This document shows, in pieces, positions 43,701 to 56,600 of a DNA stretch of 64,000 nt (within the stretch, counting starts at the first letter, position 1; every line of letters starts with the position of its first letter). The stretch is from Catajapyx aquilonaris. Lineage: Eukaryota. Below the pieces are notes generated by a model. The model was given only the letters and a program-made list of their open reading frames with translations, did no database searches and had not been told where the DNA came from. The position numbers and the translations under genes were made by a program. The stretch covers positions 1 through 64,000 of the forward strand of contig JYFJ02000731.1 of NCBI GenBank assembly GCA_000934665.2. The letters run 5' to 3'.

Positions 43701-45180
43701 TCTGATGCAGCGTGACGCGAAGATGCTGGAAATGAAGCGCCATTTGCCTCGTTCGGGGAAGCAGCAGGGGACACACAACAGTAATACCCGTGATAACAGC
43801 CCTCACTGGCGCCAGATGTACATGCTGAAGCTGTGCGGGAAGGACATGGAGGAGCGCCAGTTCAGGCGGTGCATGGCGCAGGCGATGGCGCCTCCAGCCA
43901 GGCTCAAGAGGGGCATCATGGACACCTCCACACTGGTCCTACCGCCGAACCGCCTTGTCTCCTCCCAGAAGGTCAGCGGCTCCACCAGCAACCTCCGCAC
44001 GCCGAAGAAGACCCCGGCAGCAGCACCAGGAGCCATCAGCACCAACAGCGCCAGGAAGAAAAGCGACACTAATCAGAAACGTCCCCCTTCAGCCACCTCA
44101 AGCGTCGCCAGCTTCATGTCGAACAGAAGCACCAAGGTGAGTACATCTCAATAAACAACCAGGGTTAACATAGTCTAACATTTTGTTTAACAAGGTTAAC
44201 GTCACCTTAAAATGTTAAACCTGGGTCAACATCATCTAACAGTAGTTAACCTGGGACAACTGGGATGAAATTTATTACATTAACCTAGGTTAACGCAAGA
44301 TAAATGTTGTTAACATGGGTCAGTAATTTACATCGGTTCCTTAACTTGTTAACCTGGGTTAACTAACATGTACTTATTACATGCTAACCTAGGTTAACAC
44401 AAGATAAAATTTGTTAACATGGGTCAATAATTTACATCGGTTCCTTAACTCGTTAACCTGGGTTAACTAACATGTACCAAGCATGTACTTATTACATGCT
44501 AACCTAGGTTAACACAACATAAAATTTGTTAACATGGGTCAGTAATTTACATCGGTTCCTTAACTTGTTAACCTGGGTTAACTAACATGTACTTATTATA
44601 CAAGTACATGCTAACCTAGGTTAACACAAGATAAAATTTGTTAATGTGAGTCAATAATTATTAACCTGGGTTAACACATGTGAATTTATTACCAGTTAAC
44701 CTAGATTAACACAAGATAAATATGATAACATGGGCCAGTAGTAACCCTGGGTTACTTAACGTGCCTTGCTAGAGTGCTGAAGCTTGTCCCAGCCATTCAA
44801 AAAAATTACATCTTATATTATGGCTGTCACACTGCTAGTTACTGCTACCTTAGCAGTACCACTGCCAACCCTGGTACTGCTTAATAGTTAGCAGTAACTA
44901 ACGAGGAGTGGGACGAAAATTCCACCCTATGTTTTTCAAATACATTTAATGTCTTGCGCTTCTTCTCTTTCAGCCTTCATCATACCAGTCGAAGCCGGCG
45001 GCAACTCGTCGCACCGAGTCCGGGTCCGTCCTGCTGCATTCGGCAAGGGCAAAGATGGACAACAGCATCGTACACACCACCAAACTGGCCTCGCCGTCGC
45101 TCGTCCAAAGCCATGTGGTGCTCGTCTCTCCAAAGCTCCGTAACGCGAAGAAGAGTTCGTCGTCTGCCGGAACCAAATGA
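40724..45180 (+). CDS. FBXO36: F-box only protein 36-like with basic N- and C-terminal extensions
   Basis: APSPSRDFFRMVVT|VTISHW..FEDFLEDDDMQSDMSRIFG|..CRGHFDYFPRLDSAILNQILIFLPISDIASVARTCRRLSQ|VCRSSELWERL..WRQMY matches the FBXO36 architecture including the F-box. Terminal exons are inferred. Confidence 0.82.
41092..42290. repeat. ACTAGT-based satellite (about 30-bp unit gctactagtagatttattaactataaggat)
   Basis: Tandem array inside an FBXO36 intron. Confidence 0.95.
43072..44765. repeat. GTTAAC-rich degenerate satellite in two FBXO36 introns (about 43072-43655 and 44155-44765)
   Basis: Dense gttaacctgggttaac / aacctaggttaac motifs on either side of the exon at about 43672-44136. Confidence 0.85.
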
Positions 45181-45480
45181 CGACGTCGCAAACATTTGTG
45201 TCACACGAGCACAAATAGTGCGAGGCACCAAAAAAAAAATCATGCTGTTATGTTAGGCGATAAATAATATTTACAAACAATAATTATTGTGTTTTTACCA
45301 GATTTAATTATTGTAGAATACGATTGTAATGTTTACGTACATGCTGGTACTAATTTATACCGGACTGTACTTTGTGACGTCACTGATCAGCTCTGAGCTG
45401 ACCAATGGGAATCCAGCACGCATGCGCATTCGTTGACTTGCACATGTAAATTTTGTATCGATATTTTCTCCTCTTCGATA

Positions 45481-45506
45481 TATCGATACACGGGAAAGTA
45501 TCGATA
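45481..45506. promoter_or_regulatory. Tandem DRE (DREF-type) elements
   Basis: TATCGATA at 45481-45488 and 45499-45506, about 110 nt upstream of the MSANTD-like ATG. Confidence 0.6.
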
Positions 45507-45616
45507 CGTTCTAAACCACTCCCAATAATAATTGATAGGTCGTTCGATCTCCAAAGATCGAACCTTTCAGGGGGATTAATAAGCCGGAACCCATTGGAGG
45601 CAGCCTGGGCACGGCC

Positions 45617-47394
45617 ATGGAGGAGTGGGGCATGGTCCATGTGAAGGAGGAGCCGTCCGCAACCGCAGAGATGCAGCCGGAGGGGCATCTTCATCCCGCA
45701 GCAGCTGCAGGGGACGACGAGCCTTACTCTCAGCAGGCCCAGGAGGATCATGGTATGCAGCAGCATCAGCAGGCCGGATGCTGGATGCAGCCCTTGCAGG
45801 CCGGACAGGGTGAGGCTATTGGCCGGTCGACACATTAGATCATAAGGTGCCAGACAATATCATTTCACTATAAGTAGCGCATAAGTCACTACGGTGTAAG
45901 TATAGGGCATAAGTCGCAACAGTGTAAGTAGAGCAAAAGAATCAAGTCAATAGTTTAATAATGAATTGGGGAAAACAAGTTGTTGATAATACCGTAATTG
46001 TGACGCCTGAAGCCTCCCCGAGTGGGTTAGCGTTATTTGCGGGCGTACGAGATGGCAAGCTGCACCAAGAGTTCCGTCCCGTACAGATGCGGAGGAGGTG
46101 CACCGGGGTATGGAGAGGCCCGCCAGCACAAGGGCGCTGAAGAAGTTCACGACTAAGGAGCAACTTCTGCTTGCGAATCTCGTTGTGAAGCACAGGTCGG
46201 TTCTAGAGAACAAGAGGACTGACGCGGTGACGAACAGGGAGAAGGAGGAGTGCTGGAAAAGGCTGGAGGCCGAGTTTAACGCATCGTCGCGGGTCCAGAG
46301 AACGTGGCTGCAGCTTCGGGCTGCTTTCAACAACCTGAAAAAGAAGGCGAGAAAGCAGGCTTTGACCAACAGAAACCAGCCGTTGAAGTCGGGAAGCGGA
46401 AATTGCAGCTGTCAGGTTGATCTCGTGTCTGAGAAGCTGCTGAGCATCCTAGGCGAGTCGACTTCATCGCACCAGCACCATAACGACGATCAAGTGGACA
46501 GCAGCAATGACGGTACATACATAATTCTGTTCATGTTGCGGATGCAATGGCGTATAAACTTGTCTCTTTCGTACAGATCAGGACGAGACTCAACAAGGCT
46601 CATCGTCACTTGCAGCTAATGAAGGAAGTACAGATGATTCAAAGGTACAGCTGATTTGTGGTTGAAATAATACGCATGCTTTGAAGCGTTCTCCATTGCT
46701 TAATTTTGCTCGTGTACAACTGAATGTGATATTAATTTAAAGAGGCATGGAAAAACATATCACGAATTTGATACAATGTGTCATCACACATTATTTCGGT
46801 ACGCTTCATAATGTTTAAGTTACGGTACTCTTCATTCACAGGGTGTTAGCTGCAGGGTTGACTTTTTGCCCTCGGAGATGCCGAGTACTCCCAACACTTA
46901 CGCGGAAGATGAAGAGGCTTCCGGTGGTAGCAGCATACCTGCGGGCATTGATGAGGCGAGTAACATCACAATCCGTAAATAATTATGTCGCATACAATGG
47001 GTTGCACGTACCAATTGAGTAGACAGTTTCGCATACTGAATCAGAATTATTATTTCAGAAGGATGTTGTGTTTAACGGTGCGATTAGCGATGATCGGCGA
47101 CATCTAATCATCCCGAAAAACCCGTGGAACCGACGGCGGAGGCCTGCCCTTCTGCGTAGCGTCCAACTCCCGAGAAGGATGACATGCGACGGTCTGAATA
47201 ATCTGACCAACATGAAGGCGTCGTATTACGCAACCCAGATGAAGCAGGCGGAGGAGCTTCACTCTCTTAAGATGAAGCATGAGATTGAGGACCATCAGGC
47301 AAAGATGGTCGAGCATCAAAACAAGCTGAAGGAACACAGTGCACTCATGGAAGTGCTTGCCGCAAAGGCTGCCTATTATCGCACCAAATCTTAA
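45617..47394 (+). CDS. Myb/SANT-like DNA-binding protein (MSANTD3-like, Harbinger-type Myb domain), about 5 exons
   Basis: KKFTTKEQLLLANLVVKHRSVLENKRTDAVTNREKEECWKRLEAEFNA..RTWLQLRAAFNNLKKKARK is typical of Myb_DNA-bind_5; C-terminal coiled coil EELHSLKMKHEIEDHQAKM; N-terminal VKEE motif. Confidence 0.85.
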
Positions 47395-48116
47395 TTTAAA
47401 AAAAAAAAAAAATCAATTCCTTTGTTGCCATACAGTTTTGGAAAAAAAAAACGTGGTTGTGTGCATTAAAAATGTTTCAAAAACCAAATGCACTTATTGA
47501 TTGCTTTGCGCTAAACCTTCGTCAGCATCGTTGAATACTCTGAAATAATGTGAAGGTTTGTTTATCACGAAACGTGTGAGGAATTTTTCAGTGCCATGTT
47601 TTTTCCTCGAATAGGCGATACATCCAGATCGAATGGCAAAGGGTGACAAACTCAACGATTATTCCAGCGATTCCAGCGAACTAAAACTATCAATCAATTT
47701 GTTTTTCCATAATTTTACGCTACTAATTGAAGTAGATCAGATGTCTGATTGAGATTACGAGAGACAAGGTCAAACTTTGGTCAAAGGTCGACTGGTGGTC
47801 CGCAACGATATTTAATGTAATGGCTAATCATTAATATTGGATTATTACAGTTTTCACGGCTTGGGTGCATGAAATTCAGTGTGTGAAAAAATGATCTTGT
47901 CTGGCACAGTTAATTTTATAATAATTTTAATTATGGTAACTGGTTACTATCTTGATTTATCAGGACTTTATTCGTCAATATTTTATAGCTTTTTACTGTT
48001 GGTCGTGGGTAATTCGCACTTGACTAAGAATTAAATTTCGTACATTTTGTGACAGATAATCCGCAACTTTTTACAAAATAGCTGACGTTGCTTTTCTCTC
48101 GACAGGTTCAGGCGAG

Positions 48117-50397
48117 ATGATGACGTCCGATCCGTCTCCATTGGTTTTCATACCCAACAACATGATGATGCCTCACAAAAACGGACTTCAGGTGCACTCA
48201 ATTGTCTCTCGGATCTTGCGATACCCTGTTTAACAATCTCGTTATTTCAGCCGGGGCCGTCTTCTCCGTCGTTTGAACTTTGGGGCTCACCGTCCAGGTT
48301 TCCGAAGGTGATGGCCGAGTTCTTTGCGATCACAAACCTTCCTGGGAAAAAGATGTCGGCTCAGTGCAAACTCTGCGGAAAGACGTACAAGACCGTCCAG
48401 GGGATTACATCGAACCTACATCGACATATGAGGGTGATTAATTGCTAAAGTGTCACGATCAATTCATGTTCATATCATTATTGGTCGACAGCCAGCAATT
48501 TGTTGACAATGAGTCGTTATTGTTTTGCAGAAATCCCATGAAGAAGTATACGAGGAGATGAAAGGAGGAACCGAAAGCCGGAAGAGAAGGCAGCCTTTGT
48601 TCGTCAAGGAAAGGGATCTCCCCAAATTTGAATCAGATCACCAGAAACAAAAGCAAATAACGGAAGCCATCCTGGACTTCATTTCCGCATCGATAATCTC
48701 ACCGAGCATTGTCGACACCGTGCCATTCCAGCAGCTTCTAACTGCTGCGGAACCTCGTTTTAACGTTCCGAATTGCAAATCTTTAACTTCGGATCTGATC
48801 GGAACCCTCAACACCAAAGTGAAACCAACGATAGCCAACGAGCTCAGAAATGCTCCGAAAGGAAGTGTTCATATCTTAGTGGAAGTTTGGGCTGCCGAAA
48901 GGGAAGGGTTTCTGTGTGCGAGAAGCATGCATGTGAACAAAGAGTGGGAACTGAAGAAGTGTAATTTGGGATCGAAGTATTTCCTCGGTGAAATACCTGC
49001 GGAGAACAAGCAGGCCTTTTTGAAAACCATGCTCTCGGAAGCTGGGCTGAACATGGAGGATGTTGGATATTGCGTGGCCGATGTTCCTCGGAGCATTATT
49101 TCCGCTACTAATATGCTCCATGAATCAAGCCAGTCTTTGTTAACGGAGCAAATACTTTTGCATGAAGATCTGTACGGGCTTGGAGCGACTGAAGGCGATC
49201 TGGGACTGAATTGTGTGGTGCATGAACTGAATTTGGTTGTCCGTGATGCGTTCAGGAGCTGTCCATCTGCTACGGCAACACTGAAGCAATTGGGCGAAGC
49301 GATTACGTTCATCAGAAAGAGTCAGGACCTCACTGGAAAGCTGCTCCGAAGCGCAGGGGTCGACTTGTCAGGAGATGTATGGGGAAGCAAGTCAGTCCTG
49401 GAAATTATCCGAAGCATCTCGCAGGTTAGAAGGCTCTTGTTTTGTACTTCGGCTAGAAATCTTGACGCTGATTTGTTACAGGAATATGCGTTTACGGCTT
49501 TGCGAACGCTGCTGACGGATATGTTGTCGGCGAATACCCGATGCGACCTTCTTGAACTAGTTGCCCTTCTTAGGCCGTTCGAGGAGGCTACGAACGTGCT
49601 GCAAGGTGACGGACTGACCTCTCCGTGGGTAATACCAGCCATATTTGGAATCGACAGAGGTAATGTTCACACATGTAACTGCAAGTATTTTTTGTAAAAC
49701 AAATCTGTTGGCATTTCCAGCTCTTCGAGATGACAAAACTGAACGGAATGCAGCTTTGAGGCAAATCTTGAGGGACGGACTGAGGAAGAGATTTGAAAGT
49801 GTTGTTCACCATAAAGGATACATTCTTTCCTCGTTGCTGGATCCAAGGTTGAAACTGTCGGCTTTTGCAAACGGACAGGCCGAGCCTCTGCAGCCGGTCA
49901 GATTGGATGCGGTTTTGGTCCTGAAGGCTGCTGTGGCGGAGGAAAAAGGAGGCGAGTTGGACGAAGAGCATAAGTCGGATCAACAGAAGCAGGCTCAAGG
50001 TACGTAGGTCCTGAATTACGACTTATAAATACTGAAACGTTATACTTTTAAAGGGCCGGAGAGCAGTTTTTACACGGGCATCCTGAGCTTCCTGGACTCG
50101 AACCGCGAGGTGCATCAGACTGATAGCGAAGTGGACAAGTACATGGAGGAAGCCCGAAGCAACGAGAATCCACTGGAGTACTGGAGAGCCAACGAGCGAA
50201 GACTTCCTCGGCTGGCTCAGCTGGCAAGGAAGCACATGGGGATACCTGTGTCGTGCGGAGGGAACATGAGACTCGCTTGTCGTTCAGGAGTCGCTCCGGA
50301 TGTTGTGAAAGCTTACATGTGCCAGGGAGGAGCGGAGGTGAAGGAGGCGCTTCTAACGTGCAAGTGGTGCAAAGGATCGGAACCCAGTGGCAGCTAA
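48117..50397 (+). CDS. Domesticated hAT transposase / zinc finger BED protein (ZBED-like), multi-exon
   Basis: BED finger AQCKLCGK..SNLHRHMR|KSH; hAT motifs CVVHELNLVV, LLRPFEEATNVLQG, LLDPRLK and dimerisation domain NPLEYWRANERRLPRLAQLARKHMGIP; several introns; no terminal inverted repeats seen. Confidence 0.85.
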
Positions 50398-50691
50398 GGC
50401 TAAATAATTACAATCTGCAACAGGCAACAATTGTTAAATGTAAACTGGTTTAGAGCGATGTGTCAAATGACTTGGTCGCAACGGGATCGACATTTGACAT
50501 ATTAAGCTGTACTCTAAAATAATTCTGTCTTGCGGAAAGTCAGCGACTCGAGTATTCAAATGCTTAATGGTAAATAAACGCACTTGCATGCCCGTGCGAT
50601 AGTGAACCGCATTTTGTTGTTAATCACCTGCTGGATTGAACGAGGGGGAAACAAACTGCAATGTTTTGTTGGTCCATGAGAGAGTTTCTTT

Positions 50692-53600
50692 TTATTCCTG
50701 CGAAGGAGGGACTGGGGAACTACTGTCTGGGGTTTTGTCTTCAGTCTGATCCAAGTGGTTAGGTACCAGTGCGGGTACCGGGGATGGGGGTGAGAGGGAC
50801 GAAGCCACCACGTCAGGACAGGAGGAGGGTGTACAAGAAGTTGTTGGCTGATCCGTTTTATTATTACTCTTCTGCTGGGAAGGAGACGACTGTTCCTGGT
50901 TCTGTCGTACGCTTGATACCGATGGACTCGTATCTGTCTCGACAGGGAGGTCGACTTCTGGCGAGTGTTCAGGAGGCGGAGGGCCTTTCCCCACCAAGTA
51001 GTAGGTCATCAGCTGACCTTTGCCCTTAACAGCCACCAGGCCACGCTGCTCAAATATGTATCCGAATGGACGCAGTATTGTCGACGTCTCTTCAGTCACC
51101 TGTTGCGTTGTTAAAAAAAATGTCATAATATGTATCAAGTCTTGTCATTTTCTAGTAGCGCAGTACCTGTATGCAGCCTGCTTTTCCGGTGCTCTCCATC
51201 CTGGAAGCGACGTTGACCGAGTTGCCCCAGATGTCGTAGTGGGGCTTCCTAGCTCCGATGACCCCAGCGGTTATTGGCCCATGGTTGATCCCCATCTTGA
51301 GCACAAAGTGGTTGAAGCTCTGCTCGTTCAGACTCTGAAGAGCCTGCTTCAAATCCAGGGCAAAGTCTACCAGGAGCGCCAAGTGGGCCCATCGCACCCT
51401 CGCTGGGTCGTTATCCTACGGAGTTGGGTACGGGGTCAAGTCGGAGCCACTTTTTGAAGAAGCAAATGAAGGTACCTTGACTTGTCTAGAAGGATTGAGT
51501 CCACTTGCAGCCATGTATGTTGATCCTATGGTCTTAATCTTGATTATATCCGAGTACTGCGGAAGCTCCAGAAGCTGCGGAGTAATAATAACAAGTCAAG
51601 GCCAGAAGCCCAATAAAATCTGTTGGATGAAAGTGATTTAAATGGTATGAATTAATGGTGGCTATAAACTGAAAATGGCTTGGTGCCCAGTCAGTTTTTG
51701 GCAAACGTCTAACGCTGCGGTATGTGCAGAGTAAAAACTTACAGCATCAAAGTCGGATATGACTTCGTTCAAAAACCGCAGACACTCCAAACCCTGGTTA
51801 TTCACCGTCTCCTCCGAGTAGAACTCTGTCAATCAAATGATATTTCCAAAAAAAAATAATTAATAACATATTTATTTTTAGGAAAGTTGAAAGACTTGCC
51901 TGTAAAATTGGGCATGGAAGCAAATAGGACTCCGACTTCTGCGTAACTCTGGCTGTAAAGCTCCTCGTGCTTTCGCCTCCTTCGTCCGAGGAAATGCGTC
52001 GCGACGTGAGGCGGAAGGATGTTGTAGACAAGAGCCTCGTTGCGGTGTCTAAGATCGTTTGCCCTCTCACGCTGCTCCTCAGCCTCGCTTCTCCAAAGGA
52101 AAAGCACTCTCGAAGCCTTCTCCATCTGGACCACAAACAAACAAACATTTTTACTCTCTCGCTGTGATCAGTAAAGATCAGCCGATTTACTTACATATCG
52201 GTTCAGAAGAGCCAGAACCACGGCTGAAGATACGATCATGGCCACCAAGCAGTAGCGTTCCTGAATTCTCCTGGAATTAATAGATGGGTCATTTCATTTG
52301 AATGTTTCTTCAGGTTTCAGAAGGCATACCCTGATCCCTCTGGTGCGTTCCTCCATTCTGCGCAGTCGATGGAGCTGGGCAGTGCGAAGAGGTCTGCTGC
52401 GGCTGCGGCTGAGGCGAGGGCCCCCAGCACAGCGGCTGATCCCATTTGACCCAAGGAGTCCAACACTGCGGCTGCGGCCAGCAGAAGGACAGCTGCGTGG
52501 GAGAGGTAGGCTGGGTACAGGCAGGCTGAGCCTGGGTCTTCCATCTCCGGAATGGGGCAGTCTTGGATGCCCAGGGCCCAGTCGGAGCAAGGGGCCACGC
52601 CGGCCAGGGTCGCTGCTGAAGCCACCAGGATGCCCAGGCCAGCGCACACCTCCCGGGCAATGGGACGACCCTTCAGAGCTGTACTCCATCTGCTCAGGGA
52701 CTCACCCAGTCTCTGAAACGGACCAGTTAACGAAACCGGACTGGATCTGGAACCGGTCTACTTACCAGAGGAAAGGAGTCAGCGACTGCCAGCAGGGCCA
52801 GGGCTGAGACCAGGGCTAACGCGACTGCGAATGAGAGCAGGGCGGGCAGATCCCGGGGCAGCACTAGGGCCCTGGCCAGGGAGGTCAGGAGCAGGACGAT
52901 GGGGCAGCCCAACACGGCCAGGCCCGAGAACCTCTCTCGGTTCCTCTGGAAGGCCTTCTCTTTCTCCGCATCCTTGAACCGGAGGCTCACCCAGTTGGTG
53001 TGCTTCGTTATGTCCCGTCGACCGTCGCGGTTCACCAGCTCGTCACGAAGACGACGAGAAAACTCGTCTTCTTCAGAATCGCCGCCTTTGCCTTCTGAAA
53101 AGGTAGTGTTTGACATAAGTAACTACAAGCATTCCCCGACTTACGCAAGGGATACGTAAGTTGTTACATAACTCTAACCTACGTAAGTCGAGTTTACGTA
53201 TCTCTAACCTACGTAAGTCGAGTTTACGTATCTCTAACCTACGTAAGTCGAGTTTACGTATCTCTAACCTACGTAAGTCGAGTTTACGTATCTCGAAACG
53301 TAGTAGCTCAACTTTGCGTAACTCGAAACGTACAGTAACTCCAGTTTATGTAACTATAGAAATGCAATCAAATTTGCGCAACTAATTGAATCATGTAAGT
53401 TGAGTTGATCTACGTAGCTCAAATTAACGTAACTCGAAACGTAACTCAAGTTTGCGTAACTCGAAGCGTAACTGGATCGATCTTACGTATCTCGAACCTA
53501 CGCAACTCGAAGCGTAACTGGATCGATCTTACGTATCTCGAACCTACGTAACTCGAAGCGTAACTGGATCGATCTTACGTATCTCGAAGCGTAACTGGAT

Positions 53601-56600
53601 CGATCTTACGTATCTCGAACCTACGTAACTCGAAGCGTAACGATCGATCTTACGTATCTCGAACCTACGTAACTCGAAGTGTAACTGGATCGATCTTACG
53701 TTTCTCGAATCTAGGTACCTCGAAGCGTAACTGGATCGATCTTACGTATCTCGAACCTACGTAACTCGAAGCGTAACTGGATCGATCTTACGTATCTCGA
53801 ATCTACGTAACTCGAAGCGTAACTGGATCGATCTTACGTAACTCGATACGTACTTCTTCAAGTTTACGTAACTCGATACGTATTTCTTCAAGTTTACGTA
53901 ACTCTACATATGTACTTCTTTAAGCGTCATTAAGTTTTCGTAACAAGGAACGTTATGTATCAATAAACATATACGTAACTCGCGAAAGATAATAACTCAA
54001 GTTTACGTGGCCCGAATCTACGTAAGTCCGGGACTCCTTGTACTACTCTACCGTGTGTCTCATAACGTAGCTAACCTGCAGCTCCGCAGCTGGACTCTTC
54101 CCTGACCACAGTTGACTCCAGTTCTGGTTCCGGTTTGTTGTTGACGTGTTGTTGTTGCTGCTGCTGCCCTGCGGCGTCCTTGTTGTTGTCTGGCCCACCG
54201 TTGGCCTCAGGGGCGGACTCGAAGGGCTTGAGGGCTTTGACTATGAAGTAGGTTTTGAGGCCCGCTGTCCTCAGGGCCTCCTCTCGCTTCTCCCCGTGAG
54301 CCGGCTCCACTTCAAAGTCGCTGCTCAGGAACCCCAGGGTCCTCTCCGATATGTGGACGCGACTGAAACGCGCAGGAGATATTAAATAAACAGGATAGGA
54401 TATCTATACGAATGTGGGTTGCCGCGCGTGTCTTGTGTGCATGGGTTGCCAAGCAAGCCTCCGAATAATGTAATCGAATCCGTCAAAAACAAACCTGACT
54501 CAGCTGAATTCCCCCCTCCAATTTTTGGAGGGGTTTTCCCCCTTTGATCAAATCCCCTCCACTCAATCAAGTGGGTCCTACCTTCCCCCCAATTTGTCCC
54601 TGTCCGAGGGATCCATTACCTCCAGAGCTCCTCTTCCCCTTTCTCCCAAAAGTCAACATCTTGAACTCCAGTCGAGTCCCTAGGAATAAGTCACGTCACA
54701 TGCTCTCTGATTGCTCATTACCAAGTCAAATGACCCCCTTGTAGCTGATGACACGCCCATGAATTACAGTCCCCAAGTTCGACTCTTTGTTAACCGGAAC
54801 ACACTCCGCCCTCATTCTGTCGCTTTTTATCACACACACCATTTAACCAGTGTTATTCAGACGATGTGGACAAGCCACTGAACAACTTGGGCTCAAAATG
54901 GCGGCTTACACCCTCTCATTTTACGTGCGATTAACGAGTCTCCGCATCCCCGGATGTGGCGCACTGTACCAAATCTCATTCGGACGGACGACTTCTGAAC
55001 CGTTCTGAACCTACCTAAACTGCCCCATTCAGCCCCCCGTCGGAAGATTCGCTCACCATCCACCCGAATGCGCTTTGGTACACTGCAAAGTGTATTCGGG
55101 CGGATGGTGGGCGTATCTACGGAAGAGGTCTGAATGCGAATTGACAGTTTCGGTAGGTTCAGAACGGTTCATAAGTCGTCCGCCCGAATGCGATTTTTGG
55201 TACAGTGTGAGACTGCAGCGCCAAATCCGGGGTGGCGGAGGACTTGTTAAGAGCACGGGTGTATCAATTGTGCATTTTCAGACTGCAAGTGCCCGTGCGA
55301 GTACACTATGCGTTAGTTTAAATCAATTACGAATCCCTTTGCACAACACGTGCAATAAACGCTGTGGGGCTTGTTGTCCCATCAGGAATGGCTGTGGTCG
55401 GTGTAACCAACGGCAGCTCATTTCCGTCTGCTTTAGGTTACACATCTCCATCCTTTGCCTACTGCTTTGTGCCGTGGAGTCTCATGTGGTTTGGCCACGG
55501 CACACAGGAAACTGTTTGTGGACACTTTGGAGGTCTGTTGACACGAGTCTGCCATTGTCAACGCCTCCCCACTTAACATCGCTCCTTTACACACACAACG
55601 AGTATGTCAACTTGTACTAGTACAAGCTTTGTTTCGTATCATTCTAAGCTCCCGGTCGTGCGACCGATGCTTAAATCGTGAGGGGGTAGACTGTGCTCAT
55701 TTCCCCGACTGTACGACTCACCCTGGTAGTCCGCTGCTCTCCATCTTGTTGGCAAGTTCGACGTCGCGAGAGTAGACGTCAAACTGCCACTGTCGTTGGC
55801 CCAGAACTCCGGCCAATATCGCGCCCGTGTGAATGCCCACTCTCATGTCCACCGGAGAATTGGTCTTCTCACGGACGTATCTGGAGAGAAAATATTACAA
55901 GCCTTTACGATTTGATCATCGGTCGCACGACCAAACATTTCTGTCGGTCGCAAATCGTATGGTCGTGCGACCAACGCTCAAATCGTGAGGGCGACCCTGA
56001 GAATAAAGACCTGCTCACGACTTGAGCTTTGGTCGCACGACCAGACGATTTGCGACCGATAGAAATGTTTGGTCGTGCGACCGATGTTCAAATGTCGGTC
56101 GGAAATCGTCTGGTCGTGCGACCAACGCTCAAATCGTGAGGGCGACCCTGAGAATAAAGGTCTGCTCACGACCTCACGATTTGAGCTTTGGTCGCACGAC
56201 CAGACGATTTGCGACCGACATAAATGTTTGGTCGTGCGACCGATGTTCAAATGTCGGTCGGAAATCGTCTGGTCGTGCGACCAACGCTCAAATCGTGAGG
56301 GCGACCCTGAGAATAAAGGCCTGCTCACGACCTCGCGATTTGAGCTTTGGTCGCACGACCAGACGATTTGCGACCGACATAAATGTTTGGTCGTGCGACC
56401 GATGTTCAAATGTCGGTCGGAAATTGTCTGGTCGTACGACCAAGGCTCAAATCGTGAGGTCGTAAACAGGCCTTTACACTACTGCCACTATCATGGTCGT
56501 GCGAGGGGTTGTGGTACTAGAGGTGATGACTGACCCCGGACAAACAGACTGTGGGCCAGGTTTATACGTACTTGATGGCTCGGACCATGGATAGCCCCAT

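Noticed and set aside
48117..50397. Active autonomous hAT element mobilising MITE family 1
   Set aside because: Catalytic residues are altered, introns are present and no matching TIRs flank the gene.
55900..56470. CRISPR-like array of palindromic repeats
   Set aside because: The intervening sequences are repeated rather than unique spacers, the context is a eukaryotic intron, and there are no cas genes.
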